64,000 nucleotides of DNA. Origin: Lingula anatina. Its lineage: Eukaryota; Animalia; Brachiopoda. Positions 1 through 12,400 of the stretch are shown piece after piece. The stretch spans positions 5,328,587 to 5,392,586 of the forward strand of contig CM120648.1 of the NCBI GenBank assembly GCA_051362555.1, read 5' to 3'. Within the stretch, counting starts at the first letter, position 1. Each line of letters begins with the position of its first letter. The position numbers and the translations under genes were made by a program. The notes below the pieces were generated by a model, which saw nothing but the letters and a program-made list of their open reading frames with translations, made no database searches and was not told the origin of the DNA.

Positions 1-367
1 TACATGTAGGGCGTTGTTTTTTAAGGGTGTGGACTAATAAACTTTTAAGAGCATAAAAAAAGCAGGGGTCAGCAATAGGGTTTGAACTAGGCACAATCAT
101 ATATTTCAAATCAATACCAATTTTTTATTCATTAAAAATAGATGTGCAAAAATTTCTGATTTCTCAAGTATTTTTTATTTATAAGTGTATGTTCATGTTT
201 TTCATTGTGTTTTTACTCACTTCGACCTGTTATTTAAATCAACACACCAAAATGAGCAGGACATTCATGCTTTTGCATGAACAGTCAGCACTAACCGGGA
301 AGCAGAACATAACACTTCATATTTCAGTTTTCAGTGAACTTTCCCTTGGTCGCCATATTCACGAGAG

Positions 368-3300
368 ATGGCGTGGTTTGGCAAGAGTAGCAAGATAGCC
401 CCAAAAGATGACACTTCTATGAAGTCCATACATAGTGCTTTGTCCCATCATGTCGGGACGGAGACACCGGATTCAATGACACCCTCACAGCTTGATGCCG
501 CCATTTTGGAGATGTTGAATGTCACGCCGACCACGCTGCAGTCGGCTTGCGCAGGTGAGTGTCTCTTGAAAAAAGATGGGCCTCGATGCCAGTATCCCCC
601 GCGCGTTTTCAGAGTTTTGGTACTTAGGTTTTGGTACTGCCCTATAAACTAAAGGATGATTCATTTTTAGTGTTCTTTTTTTATTATTTCAGTTATGTAC
701 TTTTATTCACACCTCCTTCTTCTCCTTTGGCTTTCGGCTTTGAACCCTCTCTTTTACGGAAGGATTGCTCAAATTTTTAGAAATAATGATAACCTTGGTC
801 ATTCCTGGAGTGAACAATTAGTAAGAAGTTTACAAAAAAAAAATCAATGGAATATAAGAGATATTTTTCAAAGTCATTACATAACTGATTTAAAAAATTT
901 GGTAAATGTAATGTAATTAGTGGGGTGGGGGCATACTGCACAAGCCCCAGGGTGTAATACGTCCACTTCATCATTATGTGTGCTTAAGCCTCGATTACAT
1001 TTGACATGCGATGCCCGTACAGCGCTCGTACACTGCCAATAAATCCCTTTTCGTGCGGTAGGACTGTGCGTAGGCGGGCGGTGGCCGTGCGAGATCGCAC
1101 GAAATCGTACGGATTCAAGGGTTCCGTAGCCTCAACGATTTTGTAAAGCTTGAATATTTGACAAATTTCGAAATTCGTGAGCCCATTGGTCGTACCATTA
1201 TCGTAGATAGCAGTTCTCGTACGGGTACTGTTCGGTGAACATGCGGTGATCGTGATAATGGTTGCACCTGTTGTTGGTCTCTTTCCCTTCCCCCTTTACT
1301 GGTTTCATGCATGTGGCATAACAATAGTAAAGGTGTTTAACCGACAACATGTATGTATTCAAGGAAGCCAAACGGAAGGCGTACGGCAAATACACTGAGA
1401 TTGAAAAGGTTCCGCACGATCACCTTCAAACCGTGACAAAAAGGTTATATCGAAGAAATGGCAAGGCACCTTTACGTAAAGTCAACGTACTCGCTGCAGC
1501 TGTTAAAAAGTCATACAGAAAATCGTATACGATTTCATCGTACGGTGCCCGTGGCAATTGTAATCTAGGCTTGATTGTCAGTAATTTTAGAGAATTACAT
1601 GTAGATTACTTTCAGGAGGCCTTACAAGTTTAATGTTGTCAGATGGCAGTTTAAAGGCCGCATTTGTAAGCAGTAGGACACTGGCGATTACAGGGATTAA
1701 ATTACTGTCAGGGCTGCAGAGATTAAAAAAAAGTGGAGAGTGTAGGGTTTCATTCAGAACAGGGGACTCACAGATCCGCAGAGCAAATATGGCCGTCCCA
1801 CTTGAATGCTTGTTGCGTAATCCCCGCAGGAAATCTATTCAGTGTCTAATCCTGAATTAAGCGACAAGCTTTTTAGTGGGTCGCCATATTTTATCTGTGG
1901 ATCTGTTAATCCACTGTTCCGAATGTTCTAGGACAGAAAAGGTTCACCCCTCTTCATTCCATCTGATAAATAGCCGTCCAGTACATAGGCTGACCAGACT
2001 GACAATATCCTCAGATTCAAGATTCAAGAAGTTTTATAAGAGCCCGCAAATAAAAACAGTATTCAATGTAAGAAGTAAATTAAGTACTCAGTACAGAGCT
2101 ACCGGTACAAGGGAACCAAATTCTTTTTGGAGACAAGAGTACAGACAAAATTTCAACCATTATAGAAATATGACGTGAAAACCCAACCCTAATACACCCT
2201 TCCACCGCCCTATATAGACCTGCAGCTAGCCATGCACTTTGACCAATGCATCTGTTACTCAAATGCATTAAGCATTGAAATTAGCTGTGTGGTTATTTCG
2301 ATGTTTTACGAGTACATGGATTTCAAGACCACCTTAATGTAATGAGAACTCTAAGGTGATTAAATTCATATGGCCAGCTATAATGTGAAAGTACACAAAA
2401 AGGACATGCTCTGTAGGCAATATCCTTGTCCTCTGTTTGCCCCTGCATGCATATTGCATTATTACATTTGACACGTTTGAAACATTTGTTCTGGTTATGT
2501 GTGACGGAAATGAAACGAGGCAATATTAAGATTTTCAGCATTAATATGGTCTGAAATTCGACACAGCGGCTTACATTTATTGCTTGTTGCAAGCAACATG
2601 AAATGAACAACCATTGTATTGATGGGGCTCCCGTAGTTCAATGCTTGTTTTTTGAGAGACGAGCCTTAAAATTAAGTGCTGTACATATCCAGATATGATA
2701 TACTAATATTTCTAAATTAATGGAAATGTAGCTAGTGAAAATTGTTCTTTTCAACCAGGTAACCCGATAACAAAATCCGGAAAGAGAAAGCAGATGGCAA
2801 AGATGATAATTTTCACCATGTTCCCTAATGTCGTCTTGATGGGAATCACAGCTGCCATATTTGGCGAGAGAATCGCAGCCTACACCGGCATAATTAACCT
2901 TCAACAGGTACATATATATATATAGATATATGTGTATTGTTTTATTTCATGTGTGTTAGCCTCGGTGTTACGTATAAACAGTATACATCAATACACTTTT
3001 GACCAAAAGGTTTTCACACCTCCAAATCTATGTGTTTATGCTTACGGATGATCACCTTACGGCTGTAAACCTTTTTTTCTAAATACAATATCCATCATGA
3101 GGAAAATCCGCTTTGTTATAAACGCTAATTCAAACTAAGATTGTCTTTTTTGTCATAAGTTTAGTTTGAAAAGTCAATGAAGCAGACCCTTTTTAACTAA
3201 GATGGTCACGCAAAGTTGTTATGAGACGTCAAGAGCAAATTTGACTCAGACTTGAGAACTTAATTTGTACATTTCCGATGGTGTGTTTTGATCATCTTCA

Positions 3301-4608
3301 GGCTATATCCGAGTGTACAACAATGGGAGCGTTTGTACGACAACTGCAAAACGAGAGAGACACAAGTGCCTTATATCACAGTTCTATAGGTAATTTATTA
3401 AATAACATGCAAAACTGGATTTTGTTTCACAGAGAACTTTTAGTCGATGGGCAATTCTGGCCAAAACACATGGTGAGAATTTATGCAGATTTAATGAGTT
3501 GCGCCTCGCAGTAGATTTTAAGAACATCCGGAACATTTCGGAGTTAAAATGAAAATTTAAGTCAAAAATTGTGGAGTCCACTCTTCTTTCATTTTTAAAT
3601 CAACATGTTAAAATACACATCTAAAATTGATATGTTGAAATATACATGTAACTTTTTCATCGGACAGGCCCAGAAACAAAGAGAGCACTGATACTGCAAT
3701 ACCCAAGGACTGACGAAGCGCTTGAGAATATCACTAACTGGCCAATGCACCTGATGAGTAGCCAAAAGCACTATCAGAGCAAAGAGAGGTTTTCTTTGTT
3801 CCTGAAGGCACACCGCTATGGCCTTGAGGACGAGCAGCAAAGAGTCCTCAGGGAGCTGGATTTCTATACATCGCATCTTGAGCTGTTCGTCAGATGGATG
3901 TACAACTTGGCGAGCGAAGAGGTAATTCTGGGAACCGCAGTGTGTTCCCCATTACTTTCTACAGGTTGCATTCGTCCCATATACTAACCCCTGGCAAATA
4001 GGCCTTTTTGAGGCTAAATGACTAGATGTTGATTTTTGTGTTTATTGTCCCGTCAGCCAAAAAGGCGTTATGTGATATACGACTGATGATTTTTTTAAAC
4101 ATTGATTTTAGGTAGCTAGCGGATCCGTATGGAAGCGACTGGTCGCATACCTAAGTATAGTCCAGGCCAAGTCCGAGCTCGGAATCGAACGTTCTATTGG
4201 GGCTATATTCTACGCTAGGGGAGGCTTCGAAACAAGAGAAACTTACTTGCGGTTTCTAGAGGCGCAAGATAACGCCCAGTCGATGCTTGGAGGCGCAAAT
4301 CTTTACGCCGACATGGTCCAGGAAATGTACAACAAGACTTATTTGAAGAACAAGACAATGACGAGCATGATCTCGGATATGAGAGAAGACATCCGTGAAC
4401 GCGCGTTTACAGGTCGTAACCGCTCGGCCACAATGGCGTTGTACTGGTACGATAATTTGACCTTCCAAATTGACATTATGTTAGACATCCAGAAGGTGGT
4501 GGCGGACACGATGCTGGTGACTCTGAGGGAAAGGGCACACGCCGAGCGACTGGAACTTGTGGGTAAAGTTGTCTTTCTCATATATTGCACTCCTCCGATG
4601 TCATAAAT

Positions 4609-4656
<48 letters not shown>

Positions 4657-6421
4657 TTATTATAATAATAATAACATTATTGGCCACATTCAGAATGGAT
4701 GCTCCGAGTACTTACTGATCCGCCGACTAAATATGACCACCACAGTTCAAAGGCGATGCCGCTGATTCCTAATGGTCTCCCCGACTCCACACGTGCCTGT
4801 AAACGGATTTAATATCTGGTTCGAGGTTTAATTGCTAGGCCATTGCAGCCATGGCACGTGTGGAGGCGGGGAGACCATCAGGGATCAGCGGCGGGTTCCA
4901 TTTTGAACTGTGGTCGGCCATATTTAGTCGGTGGATCAGTGAGTACTTGGATCATCCACTCTGAATAGGTCATTCTATGGCCTCATTCAGAATAGGGTTC
5001 TCACAAGTCCGAGGGTCAAATATGGCCGACGCACGTGAATACTACCCCACGGATATCTATTCAGTGTTTATTAGCGGATTAGACGGCAAGCTTTGTAGTG
5101 GGTCGTCATATTTGACCCTCGGACTAGTTAGTCCCTTATTCTGAATGGGGCTATACAAATGGAAATCGTACATGCTTCCCACCCAAAACCCCTAACTTTG
5201 AATAGCGCACAGGGTGACATCATACACGGTACATGTAGAAATACTAACTGAAAACGTTGGCTTGAAACTTGGTACGCAGCAGGAGACAATAAGCACTACC
5301 TTAATGACATAATTACCATATCCCACCTGCTGTCGGTAACCAGGATGTTGGAAGGTATATCTGCGTCACCAATGTAATTTTCATGGAAAAGGCAGTTTGC
5401 TTGGTTTCACAAATGCCCACATTGGCTGAAATTCCTAGCAAAATAATTACAGTTGATTAATTAGAGTACGCACCCACGACCCTATTGGTGTCTGCCCGGG
5501 TTAAAATCAGCGAAGGTACAGTGGAGCCATTGAGGGTTCGTTCCTATCCACGACGTCAAATGAAAACTTTCTTCCTTCTCATTGACAACGCCACCTTGTA
5601 GATTTATCTCCTGTTACGATAGTCTGGTGTAACGAAATTGAGGATCCGTGCAACAGAAATTCCGCCCTTCACTTGGTAATAATGGTTAGGGTTAGCCTTG
5701 CCTAAGTGGGTCAAAATCTAGGGCAAGGCTTACAGGTACCTGTACAAATTATGGGGAAGCGGACTCTCTGTCATGGGGAGTATGTGTCACGTTACACTGG
5801 GCACTGTATTTTATGCCGCACAACGCCTGTTCCGAAACCATACATGAGGTTTTGCTTGTTAAGCATATACAGAGCATTTCTGGAAGGATTACTTTGGATG
5901 TTTTTGTTTTCATCGTTTCCTTCACATCGATATTTAGTTTGACGTAAAATATTTATTAGTTACTTTCAAGGCAGAAAAAAAGTTTGTAAAACTATAAAAG
6001 GTGAATATATCAGCTCGTAGGGCTTGGCTGTTTGGACATGCCAACTTGAAAACCCTTAACATGTTATAACACGATAGGGTTTTACTCACTTTCATAAGTT
6101 TTCCACAAGTTTACGTCCTGCTATTTATATGATTACCACTAGGGTCGACAGCAGGGTCTCTCATGTGTTATACCCAGGTAGCCTAGTAACTGGTCAATAT
6201 CTTTAGAAAATTTAAAAAAAATAATAATTTGTCAACGTGTACCGCTCATTGTGAAAAGTACCTGTTAAAACTGCTATTTCTCCATGTTTTTTTCTAGGGG
6301 AGGGCGTTGCGTTTATGATAGCCCTACTGCTGTGCCCCATGATAACGAAAGCCATTTACATGATTACCAGCCAAATGCAGGGGATTTCCATGATGCTGTC
6401 TGCCAAGTGAGAATAGCGTCA

Positions 6422-6472
<51 letters not shown>

Positions 6473-9400
6473 ATCAATACCCATGATCCTCGATACCCTG
6501 AAGACTATGAAAGAATTTGGGTTATAACCACATTTCAGAGATGATAAAAGATTCACAAAAAATCTAAAGGCATAATCCATCACTTAGCTCAGCCCCATGT
6601 CACGCGTAATATTAGGTAACTTCATTAAAACGGGAATTTACTTCATATAAAATGACTTACTGCGTCTTTTGAGATGACCCCTTTCCCGAGGGTTACTTTC
6701 ATAAGATACAAAAAAAAAAAACTTTAAGACTAAACACTGCTTTTTGATCTGGCCAATTTTGTAATTGAGATCTTCTTCACCATCCATCACACACACACAC
6801 ACACATCTGACAGCATTTTAAGTACAATTATATTTAATTCTCAGCTCATTAAGACTTGATTGCAACGCGAAATCCGCCTCTAATCCGTCGACGTTAATTT
6901 CACACAAAGAGTCTTTGACCTTTATATTGCAAAAGCCGATTGTCCTGGAAATCTATACGTTTTTAATGGTCACTAATGCGCACCATACCTAGACCCAACA
7001 ACAGAATCACAATCTATAAACCGTTTTTTTCCCCTAAGATTCTAGATTTTGAGTCGCTCATGTTATGGACATGGCGACTGAGACTGATGAATTTAACTTG
7101 GTAAATGGTAAAAATAAAAATTCAGAACTCGAAAACTGGTTTATAGATTGCAATTTGTTATGAGGTTCCATGTACGTTATTGGCGGTTGAGGAAAAATCA
7201 TGAATTTTTTTCTATTCAATGGTCGAAGGATTTCCATATGTCTTTAAGTGTATAATAACAGTTAATTACTTTGGACCATTAAAGTCCCATTGGTCTGATA
7301 CGGAAGAGATTACATTACAAAGATCACACAGATCATAGCAGATCAGATTAAACCAGATTGGTGATTGGCTTTTGAGATCTGATTACGGAGGGGTTTCAGG
7401 GGATGCAATCAATCGTATTAGTTTTGAATTCTAGGCTGAAAAAGATGTTAACTCTGACTTTGCCTATGTTCCTGTGATTACATGTGTCTAATTCAAAACA
7501 TGAGAATATCAAGAGTCTACGTTTTCCCAGGCCTTTTGATAACGTTCAATGCCAGGGCATAGTATTTATGACATCCTCCCAAAGAGTTGTGACATTTGTG
7601 AATTTTCAATCAGTAAAATCAGAATACGACCATTAACATTTTTACTGTGGAATGAAAACGAGAACATACTTAAATGTATTCGACAATTTGTTGTTTTTTT
7701 TTCTTTACTTTCGGGCGTTAATGGTTTTCACAATATTAACTGCTTAATGTCTTTTATTGCAGGACGAGGGAACTGAACAAAGAAAAGAAACGCACCGACA
7801 CCCTTCTGTACCAAATGTTACCCAAAACGATCGCCGAGTCACTAAAAAGAAACGAGGACGTTGTCGCCGAGCTCTATCAAGATACGACGATTTTCTTTTC
7901 AGATATCGTTGGCTTCACCGACATATCGTCCCGTGCCTCCCCATTTCAGGTAAAACTCGAGGTATAGTACGAAAATATGTGAAGGTGCCCCGATGAGAAG
8001 CGGTGCTAAAATTTGTAAATAAAAGAATGACGACGCTCAGGCCCGCAATTTCAAAGAGGTTTTTTTTCTAAAAAAACAAAGGTAGACCTTTACCATGAAA
8101 CATTCGCGTACCTAGATCAAATTTTACCCAGAGTGGTCTTTTCATGGCAAAAAGGCCTGTTCGTTCCCCTCCTCACCCCCCCCCCCCCCCCCCCGACCCA
8201 TCCGGGTACGGGTCTAACGTGTCATCTCACCCCTCCTCTCTAAGGTAAACCTCGATATTGTATGATAATATGTAGATGATGTCGAGACTGACAGTTTGGC
8301 TGTCCCAGTGTGATTAATTTGTACGGAGGCAGTTGGTTCTGAATGGATTGTTCTAAATGCCATTCAATTTAAACGGGCACATTATTTTTATCGCATCTTT
8401 ACAATTTGTTACTGTGTCATATTCTACTTTATATTTTTAATAAAGGTGATCCAAATGTTGAACAGTCTGTACACGGCATTTGACCGCAAAATCGAGAAAT
8501 ACGACGTCTTTAAGGTGGAAACCATTGGAGACGCGTACATGGTGGCCTCCGGTAACTATCACTCGGTTAACATCGTGTCATTCCGTAGCTTGCACTATCA
8601 CTCGTTTAACATCGTGTCATTCCGTAGCATGCACTATCACTCAGTTAACATCGTGTCTTTCCTTAGCTTGCACTATCACTCGTTTATCATTTTATTTACT
8701 TTTCAATTACATTTAAAGGTTGGAATTTGTACTCCTTTAGAAGGTGGTCTGTGAATGATGTGTAATCCTGTGTTATTTATTATATTTTATGTAATAAAAG
8801 TAGTTTTGTGTCTATTTATTAATCTATAAATTTGTTTGTTTGTTTGTTTGTTTGTTTTGGATCCGTTTATTTATTCATTTGTTTGTTTGTTTGTTTCAAT
8901 GACTATTAATAACCTTTATTACTTTAACAATGTCAAAGGTTTGCCATGCCGGAACGGGACCCGTCATTCCTATGAAATCGCCATCATGTCCCTGGACCTC
9001 CTGGACCACATATCTCAGCTGGAAATTCCCCACATGCCCGACGAAAAGTTTCGCCTCAGAATCGGCGTGCATACAGGTGCAGTGAAGATCAGATCTAATT
9101 GTCTAAAAGTTTATCCTGGAAACTTAATTTTTACAACACATTTTTACTGATACGGCAAATACATATACGACAGCCCGATTCTAGTCAAATAATTGTCTTC
9201 ATTTCTTTTGAATAAGTTAAGAGTGATTTAAGGGAAAATAAACTCCATACGTTGAAGGTAAAATATGTTTAATGTTGTAAAGGCACATGTGTTTGTCATT
9301 CAGGCCCGGTGGCCGCCGGTGTGGTGGGATTAAAGATGCCGCGATACTGCGTATTGGGGGAGACTGTCAGCATCGCCTCGCGCATGGAATCCCTGGGACT

Positions 9401-12400
9401 GCGTAAGTACCGACTCATTGTTGTAAAAATAATCAAAAATTAATAAGAATTGAAACTGCTGGCTACAGGCATGAACCCCAACTTTTTGATTAAACCGTCA
9501 GAAATATTCTGCCAATATTATTACCCAGCAAACACTTAACGTTATTACAACGTTACCATAACGTTAATTTTACGAAAAAAAAACGTTATGGCCACGTTAT
9601 GGTAACGTTATAAAACGTTCTGTGTTTGCTGGGTATGACTGTGATACAATTATTTACACTCATTCTATTATAGAATATTATTACATCGTTCTAGCCAATA
9701 GGATCCACATCAGCATTACCACGTTTGACGCGCTGAGCAACCTTGGAGGATTCCACATGACAAGAAGGCATAAGCTTGTTAAGCAGGTAGTTTTAAACCC
9801 CATTTATCCCAATTAAATGGTATGTTTTTCATTTTTTTATTCTTGATGTATTATTGATTCTTTCCTTTTAATTTTGATTACATAGTGTTTCTGAATATAT
9901 TTGTGTGTTCGTTTCTGTTTTGCAACCACGTTTTCCTTTCCTTTCACGTTATTCCTCATCGTTAAAATCAAACATTTTTGTTCAAAATTTACCAGGCAAA
10001 TCCAATCTTTCACTGCAAGAAACTTAATTCACATTTTATTTATCCGGTGCATAGCTTACTCCCTGTTTTTGTTAATAGGAAACAAGCCTTTGTTTATTTT
10101 TTTCAAATCTCTCATTCTCGTTTAAGTAATACTTCTCGCCCTTAGGATTACAATTGTTTTACATATTTAGCATAAGCAGTCTTTCTGGCCCAGAGCCATA
10201 TTAATTTTAATATAGTACCATAACAAGGCTGTAATGTATAACAAACCGTGGTTACCATGGAAAAAGGGATTCTGTTACCAAGCAATGAAAGAGGAAAACG
10301 TCTTTTTCCGGTAGAGTGAAGAAAAGTTACAAATGTATAGATTCTACTGCTTCACCTTAATTTCCGAGACAGGAAGAAGCTATGTAATGAGAGTTAAGTA
10401 TTTATGGAACAAAAATTACTGGCTTTTCCGGGAAATATTGTCCCCTTTCTCTTAATCACCAAGCAGTGCCATGCGCAAAACTTTTGAAAAATATTTTTCT
10501 TAACTCGTTTTTGAGTTTTGAATATCATGTGCGCTGTAGATGTCGTCAAGTTAATGGCTTATAGGCCTTCATTAATTGCAAGTAATAATTAGGCAGAATC
10601 AAACAAGTAAAAAACTTACCGAGTTATTGACTGCAAATTGAATTTCCTTGAAAGCCAACAAATGTAGAAATTGTTTTCGTGTTAAGAAAAAAAAATGTCA
10701 AAGTCACATATTGTTTTTTTTTTTTTTTTTTTTTTTTTTGGTCGGTTAAATTGTAAGCTCTTACCACGTGTATAACTCATGCAATATGAGTTTTGGGTGT
10801 AACACAATATTTAAAGAATTTCTAATGAAAACTAGGCGGCTCTTAGAGATTGCCTAATAAGGAAGTACATCTACTGAATGGCGGAATGAAACATCAGAAT
10901 GGAAAATTCTGGTAATCATGCAAAAGGCAATGTAACGAAAACAAGTAAATGCGTGATCGGTGCGGAGAAATTTGTATGAAAATTAGGATACAACATATCT
11001 TGAATCTTAAATGAAAATAAGTTGGTGAATAAATGATTGAAAGCTCCAACTCGTCGTCGTCACCAATGGATGATAGAGATGGCGTCTGCTGAATCACTGC
11101 CGTGACAGTAGAAATAGAAATTTAGAAGAACTCGAAAATGGGTGTAAAGATCAATAGTTTTGGATATGGTATATTTTAGTTACCAAGGGCAAGCGCTGAA
11201 ATGTCCATATTATTTCGTTTTTCGCTATACTAAAGTCTAACGCGTCCTTAAGCTCAGTTAGGTAGGCAAATGTAGGGATCTACAACGTTTATTTAATGAT
11301 GATTAACGAAATGATAAAGCCACACTTACCAGTAACAAGATGAGAGCATTTATCTAAATTTTTCTGATGATTATTAGCTCATTTGATTGAATGAATAGTT
11401 AAATAAATATAATGTAAATATACTCTATAGAAAACATCACCCTTCCTTGGATAAATTAGGAAAGAAAGAAATTGATTAAATATGAGATTAATTTGCTATC
11501 TATTTGGCGATGTCCACCTATTTCGCCAAGTCCTTAGAGAAGGAAAAATAACCCTTTAACCAATAATGTACACACAATATGATAATGATCGATTAATTTA
11601 TAATGAAGTAATTACACCATTGATTGAAATATTGATTGAGATATCCTGTTTCATGTTGGCAGAGCGAGCACTTGGTTTCCAGTGCTGGGAAGGGGGACAC
11701 CACCACATACTGGCTCCTGGGGAGTGACCACTTCAAGACACCTGGTGGTGTTTCAACGCCCAAGTACGATTCAAGCGATGTTGAAGGTAGGTTGAAGGCC
11801 GCAATGCAATTTTAGCAACGCCAACCACGGTTATGTTTTCACTGGTGTCTTTTTATGTGCGTCTATATTTGTCTGTTTGGCGGTTGAGAATAGGTCTAAG
11901 CAAGTTAGATTTCAATGACATTGTCTGGATAAACTATTATTCAGGAGAGAACAGATCTTACAATGTCAGATGAATCCGGACTTCTTAATATTTTTGAAAG
12001 AAATTTCATTTTTTATCCTTTTCAGTAATCGATTTTCCTTGTAGGAGATCTTCACTCTTGCGTTGGTCTGTAGTATTAGGCTACCGAAGTTTCGTTTGGA
12101 TATGCGCAAAAATACCTCGAATGTTGTGTCATTTTGCGCAGCTAACCCACTTCCGGGAGCAACCTCGCCATCTGTTTGCAAGGTTATTCGGACAGGAATG
12201 GCACTCTATATACATTTTTCAGGGTTTTGGATAAACTACACAGAAAACAGAGTCAAACTGCAGAGGAAAAGCAAAGATACTGTAGAGAGTAGTCACGTAC
12301 TGAAGTTTAGCTACGACAAATATGCCCATGTAGTCAGCTAAAGTCACGTTGCGCAATATTTAACGTGCCTCCAGAAGTGACGAAATCTCGCAGAATACCG

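Noticed and set aside
2759-2790. GNPITKSGK as a Walker A P-loop
   Set aside because: Spacing is G-x6-GK rather than G-x4-GK[ST], and it abuts a TM helix.
5683-5694. ggttagggttag as an interstitial telomere
   Set aside because: Only about two units, embedded in a dispersed repeat also present at 39501-39633.
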